Shown here piece by piece: positions 1 to 9,919 of a stretch of DNA of 64,000 nucleotides. The stretch's first letter is position 1. Each line of letters opens with the position of its first letter. The position numbers and the translations under genes are program-made. The notes beneath the pieces are model-generated. The model did no database searches. It saw only the letters and a program-made list of their open reading frames with translations, and was not told the DNA's origin. The stretch lies in IMG/VR virus record IMGVR_UViG_3300023174_003901, positions 1 to 64,000 of that record. One strand, written 5' to 3'. Source of the DNA: a virus (lineage: Duplodnaviria > Caudoviricetes).

Positions 1-280
1 ACATACCATTGTTGGCTATAACGTTGGCTGTGGCTGATACTAATCCACCTGTTAATATGTTGCCACCAGTAACATTACCACTGACACTGACCACAGCACC
101 TGTATGGCTGGCCACGTTCACAATGTTAGTGAACATACCATTGTTGGCTATAACGTTGGCTGTGGCTGATACTAATCCACCTGTTAATATGTTGCCACCA
201 GTAACATTACCACTGACACTGACCACAGCACCTGTATGGCTGGCCACGTTCACAATGTTGGTGAACATACCATTGTTGGC
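1..280. repeat. Near-perfect 132-bp (44-aa) tandem duplication inside the fibre gene
   Basis: ACATACCATTGTTGGC recurs at 1, 133 and 265. The first two units differ by about one base (TTAGT vs TTGGT). Confidence 0.9.
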
Positions 281-2662
281 GGTGACGTTACCAGTTACTG
301 ATACCAGTCCACCAGTGAAACTGGCTGTGTTCACAATTGTAGTGAACATACCATTGTTGGCCGTTACATTGGCCGCGGCAGATACTAATCCACCTGTTAA
401 TATGTTACCACCTGTAACGTTGGCGGTTACTGAAACAATACTACCAGTGAAACTGGCCACGTTCACAATCGTAGTGAACATACCATTGTTGGCTACAACG
501 TTGGCTGTAGCCGATACTAATCCACCTGTTAATATGTTACCACCCGTAACATTGGCAGTGGCACTAACCAGGCCACCAGTTAAGATATTACCGGCTGTGA
601 CATTGGCTGTTACTGAAACAATACTACCAGTGAAACTGGCTGTGTTTACAATTGTGGTGAATATGCCGTTGTTGGCATACACATTACCAGTTCCCGAAAC
701 AACACCAGATCCAAACAACAAGTTACCACCGGTGACGTTGGCAGTGGCACTGACCAGGCCACCTGTTAAGATATTGCCACCTGTTACGTTACCATTGGCA
801 CTAATTAGTCCAGTTATGTATTGACCTGTTGTGGCAAATACCGATACGTTGGCTGTGCCACCTACAGTAATAGCAATATTGCCATTGGCAGTGGCCGCAA
901 TATTTGAGTTGCCAGCAGTGATTGGGAATCCACTGGTACTAGCATTGATACCTGTTAGTTGTGATCCATTACCAATAAAGAAATTACCAGTTCCTGCGGT
1001 AATATTACCAACAGCACTTATAATACCACCTGTTAATATGTTACCACCAGTTATGTTGGCAGTAGCACTAACAAGTCCACCAGTGAGTAAGTTACCACCA
1101 GTTATGTTGGCGGCCGATGTAACAGTTGACGTAGCACTTATCAATCCACCAGTTAATAAATTACCACCAGTTATGTTGGCTGTGACACTTACTACTGTGC
1201 CTAGGAAACTTGATCCAGTTACTGTACTGGTTGCTGATATTAGGCCCGCAGTAAGTAAGTTACCGCCTGTGATGTTGGCAGTTGCACTAACAAGTCCTGC
1301 TGTTCTTAAATTGCCACCTTGTATGTTGCTGGTTACACTCAAAATACCCACAGGTATGTTGATTTGTCCTGTTCCATTGGCATTGAGATTGATGTTGCCG
1401 TTGGCTGAGGTATTGATCCACAATTCACCTATGTCAACAATATTACCAGTTAGACTTATGTTGCCTGCTGTGGTGATGGTACCAGTGGCACTTATTATAC
1501 CGGCAGTTAGTACATTGCCACCAGTTATGTTGGCAGTTGCTGATACTAATCCAGCAGTTAATAAATTACCGCCGGTGATGTTGCCAGTTGCTGAGGCAAG
1601 GCCGCCAGTTAAAACATTTCCACCGGTGATGTTGGCAGTTGCTGATACTAATCCACCAGTTAGTACATTTCCACCTGTGATATTAGCGGCACTAGTAATA
1701 GTTGATGTTGCAGATATCAATCCACCAGTTAGTACATTGCCACCTGTGATGTTACCACTGGCTGATATTAATCCAGTTACATATTCACCTGTTGTGGCAA
1801 ATACTGCCACATTTGATGTGCCACCTATACCAATGCTGACATTACCACCAGAACTCACAACACTTACGTTTGATGTGCCGCTGACTATTTGTGTGGGCGT
1901 TCCTGTGGCAATACCAGTTAACTGTGATCCGTTACCAATAAAGAAGTTACCAGTGACATTACCAGTTGCTGACACTAGTCCTGCTGTGAGTATGTTACCA
2001 CCAGTTACGTTGGCAGTAACGGCCAACGAGCCCAATGTGCCAACGCTTGTGATGTTAGTTTGAGCGGCTGTGGTCAGTGTACCAACAATGTTAGTACCTG
2101 ATAAATTGCCACCTGTGATGTTACCACTGGCACTTATTGCTCCGCCAGAACTTATGCTACCTGATGAAATGTTGCCGGCGCTGAGGTTGGCAAGCGTGGT
2201 CGCTCCACTTACACTGAGTGTGCCAGTAACACTGACTAATCCAGCAGTTAATAAATTTCCACCAGTTATGTTGGCTGCACTTATGATGTTTCCGCTTGCT
2301 GAAACAATACCAGTTACGTATTCGCCTGTGGTGGCAAACACTGCCACGTTTGATGTGCCACCAACACCAACTGTGACATTGCCACCAGAACTCACAACAC
2401 TTACGTTTGATGTGCCGCTGACTATTTGTGTGGGTGTTCCTGTGGCAATACCAGTTAGTAACGAACCGTTACCAATAAAATAGTTGCCTGTTAAGATGTT
2501 TCCAGCGGCACTGATATAACCATTGGAAACAATTGTGTTAGCGGTAATGATGTTGGCAGTTGAAAGGACACGAGTCCAAGCGTTACTAACGTTTGAGTAC
2601 TGGTACGAAACGTTATTAACAACTGTAATCTGCCCATTCGTCGGCGACGTTGGAAAGGCCAT
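1..2662 (-). CDS. Long tail fibre / adhesin-like protein, 3' partial (at least 887 aa, runs off the left edge)
   Basis: Absent from the ORF track because no stop lies in the window. ATG at 2662 follows the SD-like AAGGA. It begins MAFPTSPTNGQITVVNNVSYQYSNVSNAWTRVLSTANIITANTI, paralogous to the N-terminus of the 7712 gene, then carries SATxN(V/I)TGGN(I/L)LTGGL repeats to position 2. Confidence 0.85.
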   Translation of the reverse strand, partial: MAFPTSPTNGQITVVNNVSYQYSNVSNAWTRVLSTANIITANTIVSNGYISAAGNILTGNYFIGNGSLLTGIATGTPTQIVSGTSNVSVVSSGGNVTVGVGGTSNVAVFATTGEYVTGIVSASGNIISAANITGGNLLTAGLVSVTGTLSVSGATTLANLSAGNISSGSISSGGAISASGNITGGNLSGTNIVGTLTTAAQTNITSVGTLGSLAVTANVTGGNILTAGLVSATGNVTGNFFIGNGSQLTGIATGTPTQIVSGTSNVSVVSSGGNVSIGIGGTSNVAVFATTGEYVTGLISASGNITGGNVLTGGLISATSTITSAANITGGNVLTGGLVSATANITGGNVLTGGLASATGNITGGNLLTAGLVSATANITGGNVLTAGIISATGTITTAGNISLTGNIVDIGELWINTSANGNINLNANGTGQINIPVGILSVTSNIQGGNLRTAGLVSATANITGGNLLTAGLISATSTVTGSSFLGTVVSVTANITGGNLLTGGLISATSTVTSAANITGGNLLTGGLVSATANITGGNILTGGIISAVGNITAGTGNFFIGNGSQLTGINASTSGFPITAGNSNIAATANGNIAITVGGTANVSVFATTGQYITGLISANGNVTGGNILTGGLVSATANVTGGNLLFGSGVVSGTGNVYANNGIFTTIVNTASFTGSIVSVTANVTAGNILTGGLVSATANVTGGNILTGGLVSATANVVANNGMFTTIVNVASFTGSIVSVTANVTGGNILTGGLVSAAANVTANNGMFTTIVNTASFTGGLVSVTGNVTANNGMFTNIVNVASHTGAVVSVSGNVTGGNILTGGLVSATANVIANNGMFTNIVNVASHTGAVVSVSGNVTGGNILTGGLVSATANVIANNGM

Positions 2663-2672
2663 TCGCTATCCT

Positions 2673-5600
2673 TTAATGCTTGCCAATCACGATTTCAATT
2701 GTGCCTTTGTTGCCGTCGAAGTCTTCAAGTGATTTACCAATTATAGTACCTACTTTTGGACTTGCAATTGTAACTGCCTTGGCTGTGCCGTCTCCAGCAC
2801 TGACCATCAAGTCACCTTTGCGTACTGTGCCTGTTACACTGACTGGTACACGACCAATCAATGCCACTGTAACCACATGTTCACCAACGACTCCTGCGTT
2901 CATCAAGTGAGCCGGATTAGTTGAAACCACACCAGCAACCCGCTTGCTGGAATCTACAGTACTTATAGTAATTTCCTGAGTACCACCAAAATCTACCACT
3001 GTACCTGGGGTGTAATCAGCGTCGCCCAAATAGTTTTCTGCCAAGTCAGCGTAGAGTGCTGTGGTTGCTTGAGCAAACAATCTGTTGAAGTAAACACTTG
3101 AACTACCAATGTTACCAACGGCGTTGCCAGCACCATTCACAATGGCTGTAGCGGCTGCCCCAGAGTTCACAGTAAGTATACCTGCTGTGGTCAAGTTACC
3201 ACCAACAATGTTGGCAGTGACATTGAGTATACCTGTAGGTATATTGGTTTGTCCTGAACCGTTAGGATTCAAGTTAATGTTGCCGTTACTGCTGGTGTTG
3301 ACCCACAATGTACCAGTGTCAACAATGTTACCTACCAGGCTCATGTCTCCACCAACTTGGATTGCACCAGTAGCACTAATTAAGCCACCTGTCAAGACGT
3401 TGCCACCGGTGACGTTACCGCTTACGCTGTTTACACCAGTAATAAATGCACCAGTACTAGCAAATACTGCCACGTTTGATGTTCCACCAATTGTGATGTT
3501 GGCATTGCCACCGGATGCTTGAATTTGTACACTGGTTGTACCATTGTAGATAGCATCACCAACAATGTTACCAGTCAAACTTGCGTTGCCAGATACACTC
3601 AAGTCACCTGTGATTGCCACAGCACCTGAACTGATCACCATCACATTTGATGTGCCACCAACTGAGGCTGCAATATTACCACCAGAACTCACCACTGTAA
3701 CGTTTGATGTACCGTTGTTGATGTTGCTTACACTTGTGATAATGCCGCTTAATGAAGCACCGTTACCGTAGTAGTTTACAGCATACACGTTAGCAAATGA
3801 TTGGCTTGAACTACCAATATCGTAGGTGGCATTGGCATTGACCAACAGGCTACCTGAAATTGCCACGTTTGCAACAACACCGCCAGCAAATGCAGGACTT
3901 GATATGTCAACCCAGTAATTACTTGTGCCATCATAAAGATACTCGTACAACACATCCGTTGAAATGTTATACCACTGGTCGGTCACTTTAGGATTTGGAG
4001 TTGTAGGGGGTGCTGTATTGGCTGTGTATATTATGCCAGGAGGAACTGGGGTTCCGTTGGCATAGAAATAGTTGTTGGTGAGTATGTTGCCACCAGCAAT
4101 ATTGCCTGAAGTACTGATCAACCCCACAGTGATAAGATTGCCACCTGTGATGGTGCCAGTTGAACTGATCAAACCACCTGTTAGGACATTGCCACCAGTG
4201 ATGTTGGCTGTGGCACTTATCAATCCACCTGTGAGCAAGTTGCCACCTGACACATTGGCTGCTGATGTAATGTTTCCACTGACGCTTAACAATCCAGTAA
4301 TGTATTCACCAGTTGTTGCAAATACTGCCACGTTGCCTGTGCCACCAACGCCAACAGTGACGTTGCCACCTGAACTGACCACAGTGACATTTGAAGTGCC
4401 ATTGTTGATATTGGCCACCGAGGTAATAACGCCACTTAAGAACGCACCATTACCCAAAATGTAGTTACCAGTCACATTACCAGTTGCCGATACTAAACCA
4501 GCAGTTAAAATGTTACCACCTGTGATATTAGCGGCACTTGTAATAGTTGAAGTTGCAGAAATCAATCCACCTGTCAACAAGTTACCGCCTGTTACATTGG
4601 CAGTAGCCGATACTAAACCGCCAGTTAAAATGTTACCACCTGTGATATTGGCCGCACTAGTAATTGTTGAAGTTGCAGAAATCAATCCACCTGTCAACAA
4701 GTTACCACCTGATACATTGCCAGTGGCTGATACCAGTCCGCCTGTTAATAGATTGCCACCAGTGATGTTGGCGGCACTAGTAATTGTTGATGTGGCACTT
4801 ATCAATCCACCTGTTAAGATGTTGCCACCAGTTACATTACCACTTGCTGTGACAACTGAGCCAATCAATGTTGTGCCAGTAATGGTACTTGCGGCTGATA
4901 TTAATCCACCTGTAAGCAAGTTGCCACCAGTTACGTTAGCAGTGGCCGATACTAAACCACCTGTTAGGATATTGCCACCTGTGACGTTGCCACTCAATGA
5001 TGCTACACTACCAGTGAAACTGGCTGTGTTTACAATTGTGGTAAACATACCATTGTTAGCGGTAACGTTGGCAGCAGCCGATACTAGGCCACCTGTCAAG
5101 ATATTGCCGCCTGTGACGTTACCTGTAGCAGTTACCAATCCACCTGTGCGTAGGTTGCCTGCGTCAACATTGCCGGTTGTGTTTAAACTTGTACCAGTTG
5201 CCGCACCAATGTTTGGTGTAGTAAGGTTAGCACTGGCTTTGACAATAATGTTGCCACCTCCATCAAATGCTGTGGTAGTGTTGTCTACTTTGGCTGAAAA
5301 TACAGTGCCTGTCAGGCTCAAACCAGCCGCAGTATTGGCAGTATAAGTTGTGCTTTGGCTGAATATGGCAAATGTGATATTCGATGTACCAAACGTAATA
5401 GTTCCTGCTGGAGCACTAACAATAAAGGCTGTGCCAGCATTGACGTTACCGTTTGAAGTAAAGAAGTAGTCGTTGATACTGAATGATTCTGTGCTGTCAG
5501 AACCGTATTGATCAGTGTCAGTTGAACGCACAATAACAGTGGCGTTGGCCCAGGTATACACACCGTTTTGCACAGCATTGCCCTGATCTTTGACCAAAAT

Positions 5601-7712
5601 ACGTGTACCAACTGTTTGAACGTTGGCTGTGTCGATCAAGTTGAACGACGTGGTTGTTGTCAGCGTTGCACCAACACCGTTTGCCGCACCATTTGGTTGA
5701 GCATACGTAATAGTACCGCCTGTGGTTGTGGCCAAGTTGGCTGTGGTGGCTACATATACTGCTTCGTGATATGTGATGCCAGTTGAAGCAAGGTTATCAA
5801 CATAAAGTTTGGTTGCCGCATCTTGATTTTGTACTGGCTGAGCCAAGTTGTTGATGAAAGTATTGCCACTTGCCAGCACAACGTTACCAGCAGGATTTAA
5901 GTTTATATCACCCGAGGCAGTACTAACTGTCAATGCACCACTAGTTGGTCTAATAGTAGCGGTATTCACGTTGCCGGCAATCACGTTGCCTGCTGTGCTT
6001 ACTGATGTTGTGGCAAAAATGTTGTTACCAAACACATTGCCTGCGGCAGTTACCACACCACCAGTAGAAATATTACCACCAGTTACGTTAGCGGTTGCGG
6101 ATACCAGTCCGCCTGTTAAGACATTACCACCTGTGACGTTGCCTGTAACGCTTGCTAGTCCACCTGTCAGCAAGTTGCCGCCTGTGACGTTGGCTGTGGC
6201 ACTTACTAATCCACCGGTTAAGATGTTGCCACCTGACACGTTGCCGGCTGATATGATGTTGCCACTGGCACTGATTATGCCTGTTACATATTCACCTGTG
6301 GTGGCAAACACAGCAATATTTGATGTTCCACCAATGCCAACTGTGACGTTGCCACCAGAACTTACCACTGTAACGTTTGATGTGCCATTGTTGATATTGG
6401 CTACTGAGGTAATAACGCCGCTCAGGAAAGCACCATTACCCAAAATATAGTTACCAGTTACGTTACCAGTTGCTGACACTAGACCAGCAGTTAAAACATT
6501 ACCACCGGTTATGTTACCAGTTGCTGTGATCAATCCACCTGTTGTTACGTTGCCACTAATTACGTTGCCTGTGGCACTGAGTGTGGTGCTAGAAATTACG
6601 TTGGCACCCGAAATATTACCACTAGCACCGGTGGTGCTGATGTTGCCAAATATAGCATTACCTGTTGCTGATACAAGTCCACCTGTCAAGATGTTACCAC
6701 CGGTTATGTTGGCAGTGGCTGATACTAAGCCACCTGTAAGCAAGTTGCCACCTGTGATATTGGCCGCACTTGTAATTGTCGAAGTGGCACTTATTAGTCC
6801 GCCAGTTAAAACATTGCCACCTGTGATGTTACCACTTGCAGTGACAACTGATCCAATCAATGTTGTACCAGTAATTGTGCTTCCGGCTGATACTAAACCA
6901 GCAGTTAAGATATTACCGCCTGTAATATTAGCGGCGCTGGTAATTGTGCTTGTGGCACTTATCAGGCCACCTGTAAGCAAGTTTCCACCAGTTACGTTGG
7001 CAGTGGCACTTACAAGTCCACCTGTTAATACATTACCACCTGTGACGTTGGCCGTGGCAGATACTAGCCCGCCAGTTAATAAATTACCACCTGTGATGTT
7101 TGCCGCACTTGTGATAGTGCTTGTGGCTGAAATTAAGCCGCCTGTTAAGACGTTGCCACCAGTTACGTTGCCACTTGCTGTGACCACAGTACCAATCAGC
7201 GTTGATCCAGTTACTGTGCTTGTGGCACTTATCAGGCCACCTGTTAAGATGTTGCCACCAGTTACGTTGGCAGTGGCACTTACAAATCCGCCGGTGACCA
7301 AGTTGCCGCCGGTGACAGTGCCGTTTGCGCTTAATACACCAGTTACAAATTGTCCAGTAGTTGCCCACACAACCACATTTGAAGTTCCACCAATGGTCAA
7401 GTTAGCGTTGCCATTGGTTGCTGTGGTAAGATTTGTGTTACCGTTGACCAGTGACAATGCTGTGTTAGCAGTTCCGGCTGCCAGTCCGGTCAGTTGCGAG
7501 CCATTACCAAAGAAATAACTACCAGTTATGTTGCCAATTGCACTGATTGTTGTGCCCACTGTGAGCGCACCGTTTACAGCAATTGTGTTGGCTGTGATAA
7601 CGTTGGCTGTGGATAAAATTCTGGTCCAGGAATTGGTCGCACTAGAATACTGGTACGATACTTGGTTTACTACGGTTACTTGTCCATTTGTGGGTGATAC
7701 TGGAAATGACAT
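2673..7712 (-). CDS. Long tail fibre protein (1679 aa) with C-terminal intramolecular chaperone / autocleavage (peptidase G2-like) domain
   Basis: AGGAG SD. Gly/Asn/Thr repeats, a GTRILVKDQGNAVQNGVY fibre module, and a C-terminal LYADLAENY...AGVVSTNPAHLMN...VALIGRVPV...KGDLMVS...IIGKSLE tract typical of phi29 gp12-type autocleaving chaperone domains. Confidence 0.8.
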   Translation of the reverse strand: MSFPVSPTNGQVTVVNQVSYQYSSATNSWTRILSTANVITANTIAVNGALTVGTTISAIGNITGSYFFGNGSQLTGLAAGTANTALSLVNGNTNLTTATNGNANLTIGGTSNVVVWATTGQFVTGVLSANGTVTGGNLVTGGFVSATANVTGGNILTGGLISATSTVTGSTLIGTVVTASGNVTGGNVLTGGLISATSTITSAANITGGNLLTGGLVSATANVTGGNVLTGGLVSATANVTGGNLLTGGLISATSTITSAANITGGNILTAGLVSAGSTITGTTLIGSVVTASGNITGGNVLTGGLISATSTITSAANITGGNLLTGGLVSATANITGGNILTGGLVSATGNAIFGNISTTGASGNISGANVISSTTLSATGNVISGNVTTGGLITATGNITGGNVLTAGLVSATGNVTGNYILGNGAFLSGVITSVANINNGTSNVTVVSSGGNVTVGIGGTSNIAVFATTGEYVTGIISASGNIISAGNVSGGNILTGGLVSATANVTGGNLLTGGLASVTGNVTGGNVLTGGLVSATANVTGGNISTGGVVTAAGNVFGNNIFATTSVSTAGNVIAGNVNTATIRPTSGALTVSTASGDINLNPAGNVVLASGNTFINNLAQPVQNQDAATKLYVDNLASTGITYHEAVYVATTANLATTTGGTITYAQPNGAANGVGATLTTTTSFNLIDTANVQTVGTRILVKDQGNAVQNGVYTWANATVIVRSTDTDQYGSDSTESFSINDYFFTSNGNVNAGTAFIVSAPAGTITFGTSNITFAIFSQSTTYTANTAAGLSLTGTVFSAKVDNTTTAFDGGGNIIVKASANLTTPNIGAATGTSLNTTGNVDAGNLRTGGLVTATGNVTGGNILTGGLVSAAANVTANNGMFTTIVNTASFTGSVASLSGNVTGGNILTGGLVSATANVTGGNLLTGGLISAASTITGTTLIGSVVTASGNVTGGNILTGGLISATSTITSAANITGGNLLTGGLVSATGNVSGGNLLTGGLISATSTITSAANITGGNILTGGLVSATANVTGGNLLTGGLISATSTITSAANITGGNILTAGLVSATGNVTGNYILGNGAFLSGVITSVANINNGTSNVTVVSSGGNVTVGVGGTGNVAVFATTGEYITGLLSVSGNITSAANVSGGNLLTGGLISATANITGGNVLTGGLISSTGTITGGNLITVGLISTSGNIAGGNILTNNYFYANGTPVPPGIIYTANTAPPTTPNPKVTDQWYNISTDVLYEYLYDGTSNYWVDISSPAFAGGVVANVAISGSLLVNANATYDIGSSSQSFANVYAVNYYGNGASLSGIITSVSNINNGTSNVTVVSSGGNIAASVGGTSNVMVISSGAVAITGDLSVSGNASLTGNIVGDAIYNGTTSVQIQASGGNANITIGGTSNVAVFASTGAFITGVNSVSGNVTGGNVLTGGLISATGAIQVGGDMSLVGNIVDTGTLWVNTSSNGNINLNPNGSGQTNIPTGILNVTANIVGGNLTTAGILTVNSGAAATAIVNGAGNAVGNIGSSSVYFNRLFAQATTALYADLAENYLGDADYTPGTVVDFGGTQEITISTVDSSKRVAGVVSTNPAHLMNAGVVGEHVVTVALIGRVPVSVTGTVRKGDLMVSAGDGTAKAVTIASPKVGTIIGKSLEDFDGNKGTIEIVIGKH
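4491..4850. repeat. Three 120-bp (40-aa) tandem units in the fibre gene
   Basis: TACTAAACC...AATCAATCCACCTGTCAACAAGTTACC units start at 4491 and 4611, with a more diverged unit at 4731. Confidence 0.8.
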
Positions 7713-7778
7713 ATACTATTGCTCCTGTTATGTGTTACTTATGCCAAACCAAAAATTTTAGTTTGACACATTTGTTGC

Positions 7779-8432
7779 TTATTCTATCTTTGCCTGCTCT
7801 GCCAACCATTGCTCACGGGTCATTTTTGGCGGTTCTACAACGGTTTTTTGCTGTTCTAGCCACTGTTCGCGGGTCATCATTTGATTATTTTCTACGGACG
7901 CTTGCTCTCGCAACCACTCTTCTGCAGTCATTGTACGAGTGGCAGTATGCACCGGTTGTGTGTCTTGTGCTGTTCTGACCTGGGCTTGAGATGCTAGCCA
8001 TTGTTCTCGAGTCATTGGTGTTGATGATTGTTGTGCCAGCCACTGTTCCGCGGGCATTTTTGTTTCTTCTGCTAACCATTGTTCAACTGTCATTTTTGGC
8101 GCTGTTTGCTCTGCGGTTTGAGTCTGGTCCGACGAATAGCGTGGATATTTTGCTTTTACTGCTCGTATTCTGGCTGCCATTTCCGCGGGGAACACACCAG
8201 CATGATATAAAGCATCCAGTTGTTCTTGGATGCTGGGGTATTCTTTAGCACGATTTCTTTGGTATTCTTGCCAGTCATAGGCCTGTTGCAAACGGTGTTG
8301 TTCTACCTGTATTTGCTCTAGTGTAACTGGGGCTGACTCAGGTTTATGCCAAGTTATGGCTTGATCGTACATGCCCACACTGACTTCTGCGCCGGGCACC
8401 AAACTTTGGATAGCATGAAATAATGTTATCAT
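7779..8432 (-). CDS. Tail fibre assembly chaperone-like protein with a C-terminal MTxEQWL repeat tail
   Basis: Start overlaps the upstream fibre stop (ATGA). The N-terminal half ends YQRNRAKEYPSIQEQLDALYH...RIRAVKAKYP, a motif of small proteins that follow phage fibre genes. The C-terminal half has six M-x-x-E-(Q/E)-W-L repeats. Confidence 0.65.
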   Translation of the reverse strand: MITLFHAIQSLVPGAEVSVGMYDQAITWHKPESAPVTLEQIQVEQHRLQQAYDWQEYQRNRAKEYPSIQEQLDALYHAGVFPAEMAARIRAVKAKYPRYSSDQTQTAEQTAPKMTVEQWLAEETKMPAEQWLAQQSSTPMTREQWLASQAQVRTAQDTQPVHTATRTMTAEEWLREQASVENNQMMTREQWLEQQKTVVEPPKMTREQWLAEQAKIE

Positions 8433-9919
8433 GATGCGGCTATCTCCTGCACTATCAACCAGATATTTGTACTAGTAAGTGTGCTACTGACATTAGATAC
8501 CTTTTGCTGTAGTTTATAAGTCACCGGACTTGTGGTTCCCGGGCTATCCATATAACTGTAACTAACCGCCCCAGTTGAGCCAACACCCCCTCCTGACACT
8601 GTTGTTCCACTTGTTTGTACCTGTAAACTGGTGCTAGGACTTCTAACCAATTGAGTATCAGCAGTGACATTTGCTCCTGCTAATGCACTAAAACTACTGG
8701 TGCCTGTGGCTATAACAAGAATTTTACTAGTTGAACTAGATGGTGTAATTGTCACGTTTGCATAACTGATGTCAGCATAACTAGTGCTATTTGTTGTACT
8801 ACCACCCAGACTTGAACTCATTACTGTTTGTACCACAGCACCCAAGGGCATGTTATACGCTGGCAGTCTGTTGTTGGTATAAAGATTTTGTGTGTAGGTG
8901 TTGCGGAAATATGCAGTGCTATTTCCCACATCATAACTGACATTGGCAATTGGCAACAATGTACCAGAAATTGCCACATTGGCAACCACGCCGCCAGCAA
9001 AAGCAGGACTGGTGGTATCAATCCAGTAATTACTTGTGCCATCATAAAGGTATTCGTATAGAACATCATTGGCGGTATCATACCACTGGTCAGTTACTTT
9101 GGGTGCTGGACTGACAGGAGGTGCTGTATTGGCTGTGTATATTATGCCTGGAGGAACTGGTGTACCATTGGCATAATAGTAATTGTTTGAAAGTATGTTG
9201 CCGCCGGTGATATTGCCACTAGCACTCATCGCCCCGGTAATGTATGCACCTGTGTTGGCCACAACTATCACATTGCCTGTGCCATTCACACCCATTGTGA
9301 TATTGGCATTGGCTGTGTTGATGCTAACATTACTTGTACCATTGCTGATAAATGTAGTGTCTACACCAAACTCACCAACGTATCTGTAACCCACAATATA
9401 AATTACGTTGGCTGTTCCTGTACCAATAGCAGTTGGTATGGTTGCGCCATTAAAGTTTAGAACACCAGACTGGTAATCAAAGAACCAGGTGTCATCGCTG
9501 CCAGAGCCTGCGCCAAATAACTTGGTACCTGCTGTTTGAGGATTGCTTATGTTTGCGGCACCGGCATACACTTGTACCAGGTAGTTGTCGCCAAACTGTG
9601 TGGGGATCCAGTTGATTGAGTTTGTCTTCCAGGTTTGATTGTCAGGTGCTGTTAGGTCTTCGGTACATTGTACAGCAGGACTGTATCCAGCGCCGCCACC
9701 ATCTTTGTATACCTGTACCAATGATGTGGTATTGGACGGCGGTGAAGCAGGTATGTCTCCACTCTGTGTCCAAATGAGATCGCCACGATACAGCAGTGGA
9801 CTGGGTATGGTTTCGTTGAAGGCTTGCTTGGATTCAGGCTCGGCTGTTTTGGTCACGCCGTAGCCGACCTTTTTCCAAAGATAATCAATCTTTTGTGATT
9901 CGTTAAACGAGGCGGCCAT
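8429..9919 (-). CDS. Tail fibre / virion structural protein (496 aa)
   Basis: Start overlaps the upstream stop. Shares the PPGIIYTANTAPP...KVTDQWY...YEYLYDGTSNYW module with the 7712 gene. The C-terminal GAVVQTV...VTITPSSSTSKILV...SPGTTSPVTYKLQ beta-sandwich is typical of fibre tips. Confidence 0.7.
   Translation of the reverse strand: MAASFNESQKIDYLWKKVGYGVTKTAEPESKQAFNETIPSPLLYRGDLIWTQSGDIPASPPSNTTSLVQVYKDGGGAGYSPAVQCTEDLTAPDNQTWKTNSINWIPTQFGDNYLVQVYAGAANISNPQTAGTKLFGAGSGSDDTWFFDYQSGVLNFNGATIPTAIGTGTANVIYIVGYRYVGEFGVDTTFISNGTSNVSINTANANITMGVNGTGNVIVVANTGAYITGAMSASGNITGGNILSNNYYYANGTPVPPGIIYTANTAPPVSPAPKVTDQWYDTANDVLYEYLYDGTSNYWIDTTSPAFAGGVVANVAISGTLLPIANVSYDVGNSTAYFRNTYTQNLYTNNRLPAYNMPLGAVVQTVMSSSLGGSTTNSTSYADISYANVTITPSSSTSKILVIATGTSSFSALAGANVTADTQLVRSPSTSLQVQTSGTTVSGGGVGSTGAVSYSYMDSPGTTSPVTYKLQQKVSNVSSTLTSTNIWLIVQEIAAS

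Noticed and set aside
1-280. Tandem repeats as a possible CRISPR or TIGR-like array
   Set aside because: The units are contiguous multiples of three inside a coding frame, with no unique spacers.
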